Origin: Nitrospirota bacterium
Lineage (GTDB): Bacteria > Nitrospirota > Thermodesulfovibrionia > UBA6902
Direction: 5' to 3'
Length of the DNA stretch: 56,240 bases
NCBI GenBank assembly: GCA_016222915.1
Contig: JACRQA010000085.1
Coordinates: 1 to 56,240 of the forward strand
Shown here: positions 20,432-28,433 of the stretch, piece by piece
Numbering within the stretch: position 1 is the first letter of the stretch
Layout of the letters: each line of letters opens with the position of its first letter
The notes under the pieces: model-generated
Told to the model about the DNA's origin: nothing
The model's input: the letters and a program-made list of their open reading frames with translations, nothing else
Database searches by the model: none
Translations under genes and position numbers: made by a program

Positions 20432-20634
20432 GTTGACCCTCCTTTCACTCTCTATATAATTTTAATAACACATAGCAGACGGGTTGTCAATGAGCAACAC
20501 GATGACCTTCTCGGTATATGATCCAAATCATATACCGTGAGAAGAAGACGGGTTACAGTTTAATATCAGCAATCGCCCGGACCCTTAAATTTTGAGGTAC
20601 GGCGCCAACAATAGAAACCAATGGAGGAACAGTC

Positions 20635-21210
20635 ATGAAAGACAAAATAGTTTGGGAAACTGTGATGAACAATGCCCTGGGAAGGGCGGAACGGGAAGAC
20701 AAATTCATATTGCTCGACTTCTATAACCCCGGCTGAATAGGCTGTCAACAGATGGATGCAGTTACGTATCCTGATCCTAAGGTCGTCAGTTTCATAAATC
20801 AGCATTTCATTCCGCTAAGGCTGCCGCATGATGCGAAACCATATGCCCAGGAGTTCAACATTCACTGGACGCCGAGCATACTTGTACTGGACAAAAAGCG
20901 GAACGAGCACCACCGGACAATGGGCTTTCTGGCCCCGGATGATTTTATTCCATCGCTTTATATCGCCATTGGGAAGGCCTCGTTCGATTCCGAGAATGTC
21001 GACAAGGCCCTCGTATATTTTGACAATCTGCTTACCGAGTATCCGAAGAGCGATTTCGTGCCCCAGGTTATTTATCTCCAGGGCGTCAGCAGGTATAAAA
21101 GCACCCATGATCCGAAGCCTCTCAGAGAGGCCTATGACAAACTCAGCGCAAATTATCCCGCAAACTACTGGACCAAAAGAGCGTATCCGTACCGGCTGAT
21201 AAATGCATGA
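20635..21210 (+). CDS. Thioredoxin-like selenoprotein (UxxC) with C-terminal TPR-like region
   Basis: GGAGG RBS, ATG 20635, MKDKIVW...LLDFYNPG-TGA(20734-20736)-IGCQQMDAVTY in frame with ORF 20752..21210; TGA occupies the first Cys position of CxxC; WTP cis-Pro motif downstream. Confidence 0.85.
20754..20771 (+). other. Candidate bacterial SECIS hairpin
   Basis: GGATGC-AGTTAC-GTATCC stem-loop starting 18 nt after the UGA, with G near the 5' side of the loop. Confidence 0.55.
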
Positions 21211-21230
21211 AATATTGTGTGTGAATGTGA

Positions 21231-21258
21231 GCAGGGGCATGGCGCGCCATGCCCCTGC
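21231..21258. repeat. REP-like palindrome
   Basis: GCAGGGGCATGGCGCGCCATGCCCCTGC, a perfect palindrome. Confidence 0.85.
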
Positions 21259-21260
21259 AT

Positions 21261-22148
21261 CTATTGGGACTGATAGATTTTTGCAAACGTGTCTGCAAAT
21301 TCCTCAATTGACGTAGCAGTGGAATTTTCCTTCGTCCGGGGGACATTGGATGCAAAGACGCTGTTGTTCAATGCCCTGCTCATCTCGATGAATAACCTGC
21401 TGACATCCGGACTCAAACCGGCCTGCACCATACCTTTCTCCGCATCTTCATAGGAGAACTGAACGTATTTCAGGTCAGGCTTGCCGATCTTGCGGCCGAT
21501 GAGCGCAAAGGCCTCGTTCATGGAGACGTCCCTCTGACCCAGGAGGTCCCTGACGGACTTCCCTGTAAAATCTTTCTTTATCAGACGCTCGGCGACAAAT
21601 GCTGCAATGTCCCGGGTGGCTATCATGGCGAATTTCCTGTCTCCACTGATAGCAGAGCCCGCCATGTTACTGCCTTTTATCATAGGGATGTTCATAAGGA
21701 GGTTTTCCATAAAGTAAGTGGCGCGCACGTGAAGGACATTGATGTCCTGGAGTTTATTCAATCTCACTTCCTGGTCATGCAGACCCTTGATAGGGCCTGT
21801 GCCGTCAGGCAGGTCCGCCCCCTGGCTGCTCAGGTTGACAACATATCTTACCCCTGCGTTTTGAAGCGCCATTGCTATACTCGCACCGGCCTCATTCTGG
21901 TACGCCCGGAAATCTGCGGCAGTATAATGAGGGGGGACCAATGCAAATACCGCAGACGATCCTGAAAAGGCCCTGGTCAAAAATGCCGTGTCTTTTATGT
22001 CCCCCGCGGCGGCCTCAGCGCCTTTCTTCACAAACCCCTGCAGCTTTTCGGCCTTCCTTCCGGCGACCCTTACTTTTTCCCCTTCCGACAGAAGAATTTC
22101 AGTCACTTTGCTGCCTACATTACCTGATGCGCCAAGGACTACAATCAT
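21261..22148 (-). CDS. NmrA-family NAD(P)-binding protein
   Basis: GASGNVG Rossmann motif, LSS.GA, YFMEN, DIA. Confidence 0.9.
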   Translation of the reverse strand: MIVVLGASGNVGSKVTEILLSEGEKVRVAGRKAEKLQGFVKKGAEAAAGDIKDTAFLTRAFSGSSAVFALVPPHYTAADFRAYQNEAGASIAMALQNAGVRYVVNLSSQGADLPDGTGPIKGLHDQEVRLNKLQDINVLHVRATYFMENLLMNIPMIKGSNMAGSAISGDRKFAMIATRDIAAFVAERLIKKDFTGKSVRDLLGQRDVSMNEAFALIGRKIGKPDLKYVQFSYEDAEKGMVQAGLSPDVSRLFIEMSRALNNSVFASNVPRTKENSTATSIEEFADTFAKIYQSQ

Positions 22149-22168
22149 TGTTTATTCCTTTTCGTATC

Positions 22169-22196
22169 GTAGGGGCATGGCGCGCCATGCCCCTGC
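22169..22196. repeat. REP-like palindrome
   Basis: GTAGGGGCATGGCGCGCCATGCCCCTGC. Confidence 0.85.
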
Positions 22197-22236
22197 TGTT
22201 TATGCAACATACGGTTTAACATTCCTCACTTGCCGG

Positions 22237-22662
22237 TCATTTGCCCAAGGCCTGTTCAAGGTCCATCGCGTGCTCCTGCTCTACGGCGAGTATATTCCTC
22301 AACTGCTGGGCCAGGTGATACAGGTCCAGTTCTTCAGCCTGTCTTATCCTGGCGATATAACGGGTAATGGCATCGTTCTCGCCGTCCAGGTCCTGCTGGA
22401 GCATGGTCACATTGTCCCCGGATATTTTGGCATGAGGCATGTCCACTGTCGGCACGCCGCCCAGATAACTGATCTGCCCCGCCAGGATAGTCGCATGCTG
22501 AAGCTCTTCCTGCGCGTGAATTATCAGCTCCTTTTGCATGCTCTGATACATGGCGCCCTTCAATACTCCCTGATGCTGGGTGTATTGGACCATCGCCGTA
22601 TATTCAAGGCCGAGGTCCTTGTTTAACAGCTCAACCAGCTTCTCTTTTGTAATATGTGCCAT
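22237..22662 (-). CDS. Ferritin-like (bacterioferritin-related) diiron protein
   Basis: LN.DL.LEY.A..QY, EELQHA, E.DAI.RY, EQEHA; start at ATG 22662 after a GGGGGAG RBS. Confidence 0.88.
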   Translation of the reverse strand: MAHITKEKLVELLNKDLGLEYTAMVQYTQHQGVLKGAMYQSMQKELIIHAQEELQHATILAGQISYLGGVPTVDMPHAKISGDNVTMLQQDLDGENDAITRYIARIRQAEELDLYHLAQQLRNILAVEQEHAMDLEQALGK

Positions 22663-22663
22663 T

Positions 22664-22918
22664 TCACTCTCCCCCTTCAAAATTCTTGATAAATTCTCCG
22701 ATCTTTACACCAAGATGGACACATTTAACATCGTTCATACACTCATCCGCGTCACTTTTATCAAGATACGTTTGCAGCTCGTGCGAGTTCTTCCCGAATT
22801 GAATTACATAAGCATTCTTGTCTTCGCTGAAATCCAGGCTGACAGAGATATTGTGCTGCATAATCTCCGGGTACATCATCGCAATTTTGTCTTTCAATGC
22901 CACATTTGTGTAACCCAT
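22664..22918 (-). CDS. Small hypothetical protein with a C-x4-C motif
   Basis: RBS GGAGG; tightly coupled to the ferritin-like gene; DADECMNDVKC. Confidence 0.75.
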   Translation of the reverse strand: MGYTNVALKDKIAMMYPEIMQHNISVSLDFSEDKNAYVIQFGKNSHELQTYLDKSDADECMNDVKCVHLGVKIGEFIKNFEGGE

Positions 22919-22946
22919 ACTGCCTCCCCGTCCTGTTTATGTACCG

Positions 22947-23351
22947 TTAAGGTCCATTCATGCTGATATCATAGAGCGCCTTGCCTATAAAAAAATCCCC
23001 CCACGCGATGCCTATGTCCGGCAAGGTCGATTTTATTATCCAGTCTGCGGCCGGCGCGGACCTGGCGGTCAATTCGGCAATGCTGAAGTGAGACATAAAC
23101 ACAGTCCCGTAAATTACAATCAGCCCGTTCAAAAGGTACCCGTATACCGAGGTCTTTCCCGACATAAAGAGCAGTGTAACAACTACCACATCTATCAGTG
23201 GAAACAGAAATGCAAGGAACTTCGTGGCATTGAAATGCATAATGCCCGGGTCCAATGCGTCCTTCACCATGAAATTATGTATCCTGTAATGAAGCAGCAG
23301 ATTGGACACTGCCAGCAGAAAGAGCGCTGTTAATAATGCCTTTCTTGTCAT
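22947..23351 (-). CDS. Hypothetical membrane protein (about 4 TM helices, His-containing)
   Basis: Hydrophobic segments with LLHYRIH and MSHFS; same-strand operon context. Confidence 0.75.
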   Translation of the reverse strand: MTRKALLTALFLLAVSNLLLHYRIHNFMVKDALDPGIMHFNATKFLAFLFPLIDVVVVTLLFMSGKTSVYGYLLNGLIVIYGTVFMSHFSIAELTARSAPAADWIIKSTLPDIGIAWGDFFIGKALYDISMNGP

Positions 23352-23358
23352 AGCGTAT

Positions 23359-23463
23359 TTAAAAAGGGAACTCCGCGATATGTCCCAGATAAAATGTCAG
23401 GCTTATCACTATCGCATGAAGTATCCACCAGCCTGTTTTGTATCTCATAAAATGTTTAAGCAT
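23359..23463 (-). CDS. 34-aa single-TM micropeptide with GWWxxH-x11-H
   Basis: MLKHFMRYKTGWWILHAIVISLTFYLGHIAEFPF; starts 4 nt after the stop of its paralog. Confidence 0.7.
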   Translation of the reverse strand: MLKHFMRYKTGWWILHAIVISLTFYLGHIAEFPF

Positions 23464-23467
23464 TTCA

Positions 23468-23578
23468 TTACCACAGCAGATGCCCGGCGGTATATACCGC
23501 AGCGATCCCCAGGAGATGGACCAACCACCACCCCGCCCTGAGGAAACTGATCTTTGCGGAAAAAGTCTTTTGCGCCAT
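23468..23578 (-). CDS. 36-aa single-TM micropeptide with GWWxxH-x11-H (not in the ORF track)
   Basis: RBS AAGGGGTGG; MAQKTFSAKISFLRAGWWLVHLLGIAAVYTAGHLLW; motif shared with the next gene. Confidence 0.72.
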   Translation of the reverse strand: MAQKTFSAKISFLRAGWWLVHLLGIAAVYTAGHLLW

Positions 23579-23613
23579 ATGACCACCCCTTTCTTACGGC
23601 CGGCATCTCATAT

Positions 23614-23982
23614 TCAATGGTCCCATTCATCCTCATCTCCGGGCACACTAGCATCATCCTCCGAAGAAGCACCCCGTATCATTTTTCTTATGTCTCCGGA
23701 CACTTTCCTGAAAGTGTCTTCCAGAGAGTAGAACGCATTATAGGCATCTGTGCGCTGTGCCTCCCATTTCCGGTCATCGGCTTCTTCTATCTTCCTCATC
23801 TTCGCCTGAAAGTCCTCAAGCGCCTCCCGGAAATCCGCTATGCGCATTTCACTTCCGATCCTGGCGGCCTCACCGGCCTCCCTGGCCTCCGTGTGGAGGA
23901 GGGCAAGCCTGGATACCCACTCATCTATCCTGGTCATGACCCTCCTCACATGCTCTTTTTTGGGAAGCACGTCAACAGCCAT
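23614..23982 (-). CDS. Coiled-coil hypothetical protein
   Basis: Helical and charge-rich; RBS upstream; between the ferritin-like gene and the micropeptides. Confidence 0.65.
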   Translation of the reverse strand: MAVDVLPKKEHVRRVMTRIDEWVSRLALLHTEAREAGEAARIGSEMRIADFREALEDFQAKMRKIEEADDRKWEAQRTDAYNAFYSLEDTFRKVSGDIRKMIRGASSEDDASVPGDEDEWDH

Positions 23983-23999
23983 AAAGCGCCCTCTTTCCT

Positions 24000-24428
24000 T
24001 TAATCGGTGTCCTTCGCCATATAACCTTTGATATCATTCAGCTCCGACATATATGCGTCATGGCTCTTTTCGTCCTCCAGTAAATGTGACAGCAGCAGTC
24101 TCGGTATGGGCAGGCTGCTCATTTCAAGGGCCTGCTCGGCTGTTTCTATGGCGTTCTTCTCCAGCGTCATGTGTTTCTCGACAAACGTATCAACGACCTT
24201 CAAATCATCAGTGCTGAACGTGACCGTGGAATGCATGCTCTTCTGGATGGTCTGAAGAATATGTTTATGTTTTTCCGAGTCCATTCTCAGCAGATCGATA
24301 ATTGCCCTGACCATGGGATTCCTGCTGTTCCCCGTCAAATTTTTCGCTTCATTGATAGTGCTCTCCTCAAGGACTATCCACCTGTTGACCAGATCATCGA
24401 ATTTTTTTCTGTTCTCCGGTAATGTCAT
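24000..24428 (-). CDS. Ferritin-like superfamily protein
   Basis: LEE...DSEKH and LEK...DEKSH paired motifs; start at ATG 24428 after AGGAG. Confidence 0.8.
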   Translation of the reverse strand: MTLPENRKKFDDLVNRWIVLEESTINEAKNLTGNSRNPMVRAIIDLLRMDSEKHKHILQTIQKSMHSTVTFSTDDLKVVDTFVEKHMTLEKNAIETAEQALEMSSLPIPRLLLSHLLEDEKSHDAYMSELNDIKGYMAKDTD

Positions 24429-24474
24429 GTTATTATCTCCTTTCTCATTGAAAATTGAATGCTGTTTAAGAAGA

Positions 24475-24502
24475 AGCATATCACTTTTCCCCCGATTGTC
24501 AA
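24475..24502 (-). promoter_or_regulatory. Sigma70 promoter of the ferritin/micropeptide operon
   Basis: TTGACA-N16-TATGCT with TG just upstream of -10. Confidence 0.65.
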
Positions 24503-24535
24503 TACGTGTTTTAAAGGCCGGAAGTGGACAAACAG

Positions 24536-26497
24536 TCAGGCGGTATGAGAATTTATTTTGCCTCGGGCAGGGACCGAAAAGAAAAAGGTTGAACCCCTCC
24601 CCGGCACTGACTCGACCCATATCCTTCCTCCAAGGCGTTCGACGATTTTTTTGCAGGTGGCCAGCCCGATACCGGTCCCGGGGTATTTGTCTTTTTCGAG
24701 GCGGTAAAACATTTCAAATACTTTTTCCGATTCCTCCGCGGGTATGCCGATGCCGTTATCTCTGACGGAAAAGATATACCCTCCCGCCCCTCTGCGGGCC
24801 TCGACGTGGACCAGGATTTCTCCGCTGCCGCGGAATTTGATGGCATTTGAAATCAGGTTCTGAAAAAGCTGTCCTAACTGCACGGGGTCCGCAGTCACCC
24901 TGGGGAGCTCTCCATGAGTGACGACCGCCCCGCTTTCCCTGATGGGGCCTCCAAGGTCATCCAGGGCATGCTTGAGCGCCTGGGCGCTGTCCGTATCTTC
25001 AAACCGTACCTCATGCGTGCCGGCGCGTGAAAATATCAACAGGTCATTTACGAGGTCCTGCATTCGCGCCAGTTTGTTCGAAGCGTCCGATATTAGGCCG
25101 TCCACCTCGTCCAGTTGTCCGCTTTTCAACCGGCGGTTGATAAGCTTCAACGCGCTGGCTGCGGAAATAAGCGGGGACTTCAGATCGTGTGAGGCAATAA
25201 AGGCAAAGTTCTGGAACTCCTCATTTGAATGTCTGAGGTCCTTCATTGCATTGTTGAGGCTCTTTGACATCTCATTGAAACTCTGCGCCACAATCCCCAT
25301 TTCATCCCTGGTCTCCAGTGACACCTGTATGTCCAGATTGCCTTTCCTTATGCTATCCGAGGCATACATGAGCCGCCTCAGTGAATTCGTCATGGAAAAA
25401 TAATACCCTGCAAAAAGCCAGGAAAGCGCTGCAATGGCAAATATGGCAAACCCGACGATCATATATTTTGCTTTTTTCAGCCTGCTTTTCCGCCCGTCCA
25501 GGACCTCTTTAAGCGATGATGTTATTTCGCTGTGAAGCCGTAAAGATGAACCAATGGCCTTTGTGAATACACTGAAATATTCCTCTGTGGATACAGAGAC
25601 CGCGGAAGTGTTTAGTATGCCGCTTTTCAGCACCCCGATCGCTTCTGAAAGGAACTTATCGAAGTCATCTATTCGCGGGGCAAGCCGAGGCCTGAGGGAA
25701 GGATTTTTTCTGAAGACCTTAAGCATATTTTCTTTTACGACGGCAATCGTTGACCTGTTTATTCCCGACAGCAGGATAAGGTATGCCCTTTCCTGTTCAC
25801 CGATGCTCTGCTGCGCAGCTACCCCCGCCCCGATCCCTCTTAACTGACCCGCGTATTCCGCCGCCATCGGGAGCTTGTTTATTATCGTATCCATCATGTA
25901 AAAACTGTCGATCTCCGGATCGAGCGTCAGGTTGGAGGTGTCCGCGACAAGGACCAGCAGGGAAAGGATGTCTTTAGTAAGGGACGTATGGGCTTCGTAG
26001 CTTTCAAACGGGGTCATATATAATACCCCTTCACTGACGGCGCGCCAGCCTTCTTTTATGGAAGTCCATTTATCTGCCGTATTGATCGTCCCTACAGAAT
26101 ATATGTCGACAAGCAGCCCGTTCCCAGGGCCCTCTTTCTGAATGTTCCGAAGTGATTTCCTGAAAATTTCTCCGGCCTTGTCCAGCATCTTGATGTCTGA
26201 TTCGACCTGCGCCTGTTTTTCCAGAAGCGGCGACCTGAAGGCTTCATCACCTTTAAGCAGGGCGTTCGCCATTCCCCGGTGCTGCTGAACATGAATAAAA
26301 AGTCCCATAACGGATTGGCTGTAATCAACGCCTGATCTTTCCTTCTCCGTAAACGCAATGTCCATGTTTATCTCCCTTACCAGCAGATAAAGAAGGGCAA
26401 GGAGCGCTGATGAAAATACAATGGCCATAAGGACCATCTTCTGCGGGATCATGAGACGGTCCATAAGGACAATGGCAGGTCTGAATAGCTTTTTCAT
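24536..26497 (-). CDS. Membrane sensor histidine kinase (large helical periplasmic sensor, HAMP, HisKA, HATPase)
   Basis: FAFIASHDLKSP, QLFQNLISNAIKF, DNGIGI, GTGIGL; sensor contains SNLTLDPE; start uncertain (26497 or 26533). Confidence 0.9.
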   Translation of the reverse strand: MKKLFRPAIVLMDRLMIPQKMVLMAIVFSSALLALLYLLVREINMDIAFTEKERSGVDYSQSVMGLFIHVQQHRGMANALLKGDEAFRSPLLEKQAQVESDIKMLDKAGEIFRKSLRNIQKEGPGNGLLVDIYSVGTINTADKWTSIKEGWRAVSEGVLYMTPFESYEAHTSLTKDILSLLVLVADTSNLTLDPEIDSFYMMDTIINKLPMAAEYAGQLRGIGAGVAAQQSIGEQERAYLILLSGINRSTIAVVKENMLKVFRKNPSLRPRLAPRIDDFDKFLSEAIGVLKSGILNTSAVSVSTEEYFSVFTKAIGSSLRLHSEITSSLKEVLDGRKSRLKKAKYMIVGFAIFAIAALSWLFAGYYFSMTNSLRRLMYASDSIRKGNLDIQVSLETRDEMGIVAQSFNEMSKSLNNAMKDLRHSNEEFQNFAFIASHDLKSPLISAASALKLINRRLKSGQLDEVDGLISDASNKLARMQDLVNDLLIFSRAGTHEVRFEDTDSAQALKHALDDLGGPIRESGAVVTHGELPRVTADPVQLGQLFQNLISNAIKFRGSGEILVHVEARRGAGGYIFSVRDNGIGIPAEESEKVFEMFYRLEKDKYPGTGIGLATCKKIVERLGGRIWVESVPGRGSTFFFSVPARGKINSHTA

Positions 26498-26564
26498 TAC
26501 CCAAATGCTATCAGTGAACTTCCATTGAGTCAAGGAGCAGACCCGGGCCTGTCATGGTCCTTGC

Positions 26565-26592
26565 TTGACATTTGGCAAAGACATGTTAATCT
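26565..26592 (+). promoter_or_regulatory. Sigma70 promoter of the membrane cytochrome c gene
   Basis: TTGACA-N16-TAATCT with TG upstream of -10. Confidence 0.55.
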
Positions 26593-26662
26593 TTCCATAT
26601 GGGCATGATATTACTGTCGCTCAAATCAACGGTATCGATAAGTGAAGAGTGATTAAAACTGA

Positions 26663-27430
26663 ATGTCAATATACTTATTTAAGTCAATACTGTCCGTTGT
26701 CATAATTTTATTGACTATTATTTCCATGTATACAATGCTTGAAATGCTAGGTAGAAGCCAGGTAAAAGTTGATGTGAGAAAATATAAGAAAATCCATAAA
26801 GCCGCAGGTTTTCTTTATATCGGCATCTTCATGATCGCCTCATATTTCTGCCTGTATTATATCTATATATCAAGGGCGGAACTAACACCGAGAAGCAATC
26901 TGCACAGCATTTTGTCCCTGAGCATACTGGTGCTTTTCGGGATGAAACTGTTGATTACGAGAGTGTATAAGCAGTTCCACAATTACGTTAATATCTACGG
27001 TCTCCTGATAGCCTTGATTACATTCGGGATGGTCGGTTCATCTGCCGGCTACTACCTCATTGTCTCAAGGTTGGGTACGGACATCTCGTTCGATAAGATC
27101 GCGCAATACAAACACTGGGCCTCTACGCAAAAAAGGGGGGGAGCGCCTGAAGAAAGCGCGTTTGCCGCAGGGCCTGAAAGCATAAGCAGGGGGGAAGTTA
27201 TTTTTAAGTCAAAATGCAGTTTTTGCCACGACACTAAAAGCACAGAGACCATTGTCGGTCCGGGACTGAAAGGTATTTTGAAAAACCGGGAGCTGCCGTT
27301 CAGCAGAAAACCGGCGACACCCGACAACTTAAGAAACCAACTGGTAAAGCCTTTCGGCAGGATGCCGTCTTTTGATTATCTTACCAAAGAAGAGATGGAT
27401 GATGTGATCGCCTTTTTAAGCACCTTGTGA
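26663..27430 (+). CDS. Membrane-anchored monoheme cytochrome c with a 4-TM N-terminal domain
   Basis: Four hydrophobic helices with His (IHK, LHS); CSFCH, GPGL, MP. Confidence 0.88.
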   Translation: MSIYLFKSILSVVIILLTIISMYTMLEMLGRSQVKVDVRKYKKIHKAAGFLYIGIFMIASYFCLYYIYISRAELTPRSNLHSILSLSILVLFGMKLLITRVYKQFHNYVNIYGLLIALITFGMVGSSAGYYLIVSRLGTDISFDKIAQYKHWASTQKRGGAPEESAFAAGPESISRGEVIFKSKCSFCHDTKSTETIVGPGLKGILKNRELPFSRKPATPDNLRNQLVKPFGRMPSFDYLTKEEMDDVIAFLSTL

Positions 27431-27436
27431 GGGCGC

Positions 27437-27652
27437 TTACGGTTGTTCTTCAGGGTCAATGCGTGAAGCTTCAGCCTGGCCTTTATCAGTCAGCATGCGC
27501 ATGAGAGTTTCCGCGTCCTTGGGGGGCAGATCAAATTTCAGACAGGCATCAGCTATTAATTTTGAAAGACCGGTCCCGGTATTTTCCATACGCGCATCCG
27601 ATATCCATTTGACGGCCCTTCTCAGTTGCTCACCTTCAGGAAGAATAGTCAT
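27437..27652 (-). CDS. Small hypothetical protein
   Basis: RBS AAGGA; PEGEQLRRAVKWIS...A..KFDL.P. Confidence 0.7.
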   Translation of the reverse strand: MTILPEGEQLRRAVKWISDARMENTGTGLSKLIADACLKFDLPPKDAETLMRMLTDKGQAEASRIDPEEQP

Positions 27653-27783
27653 ATCTTTCCTTTTGTAAGGCTGCCTTCATAAAATCCCGTATGGGAAATT
27701 TCCTTTTCATATGCATCCGGTCAAAACAGGACCGCATCTTTATAGCCCCATTATATCAGTTTAGCCTGACTATGCAAGTATGG

Positions 27784-27811
27784 TTGACATCAGAGGTTGA
27801 CCTGATATAAT
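27784..27811 (+). promoter_or_regulatory. Sigma70 promoter
   Basis: TTGACA-N16-TATAAT; contains a GGTTGAC direct repeat. Confidence 0.75.
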
Positions 27812-27859
27812 TTGCATACAGGGAGCAATAAGTATTTTATTAAGGAGACCATAAACAAG

Positions 27860-28357
27860 ATGATGACAGGAAAGGAAGACTTACTTACCGCACTCGGAGA
27901 AGCATTTCTGATGGAAAAGGGGACGAAGATATTTTATGCCGAGGCTGCCGGGAAGGCGGCAAACGCAGACGCCAGGAAGACATTCGATTATCTATCGGAA
28001 TGGGAAGGACAGCACATGGATTATATCCTGGCCCTCTATAAGGGGATAACGGAGGACTGGGGCATTGTGACTTTTGAAGAATTTAAACACAAGGCCGTGA
28101 CCCATTCTACGGAAGCCGGCGTCCCGTTGAAAGAACTCGAAGGGAAGATAGACAGTTACTGTTTCACCGATGAAATGGGGGCGCTGACCCTGGCGATGGA
28201 AATAGAGGGAAAAGCATATAATTTATACCGCAAGCTTTCGCAAAGCGCCTCTGATGCAAACGCTCAGATTGTGTTCAGGGAAATGATGGAGCAGGAAGTG
28301 AAACATGTCGAACATCTGAAAAAGCTGAGAGTAAAACTTGCGGACGTTTACAAGTAG
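27860..28357 (+). CDS. Rubrerythrin-like ferritin-family protein without a rubredoxin domain
   Basis: ME...FY...WEGQH and IE...LY...QEVKH duplicated diiron motifs; RBS TAAGGAG. Confidence 0.88.
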   Translation: MMTGKEDLLTALGEAFLMEKGTKIFYAEAAGKAANADARKTFDYLSEWEGQHMDYILALYKGITEDWGIVTFEEFKHKAVTHSTEAGVPLKELEGKIDSYCFTDEMGALTLAMEIEGKAYNLYRKLSQSASDANAQIVFREMMEQEVKHVEHLKKLRVKLADVYK

Positions 28358-28381
28358 GGGTGTACTGCAATACGCCCCTGC
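28354..28381 (+). repeat. GTAG-type REP-like palindrome overlapping the stop codon
   Basis: GTAGGGGTGTACTGCAATACGCCCCTGC. Confidence 0.7.
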
Positions 28382-28433
28382 GGCAATTCCCGCCTGATCT
28401 TCATGCAACAAATTATCTGATAGAATATTTACT

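Noticed and set aside
22237-24428. Encapsulin cargo system
   Set aside because: No encapsulin shell gene, and no LxVGSL-like targeting tail on the ferritin-like proteins.
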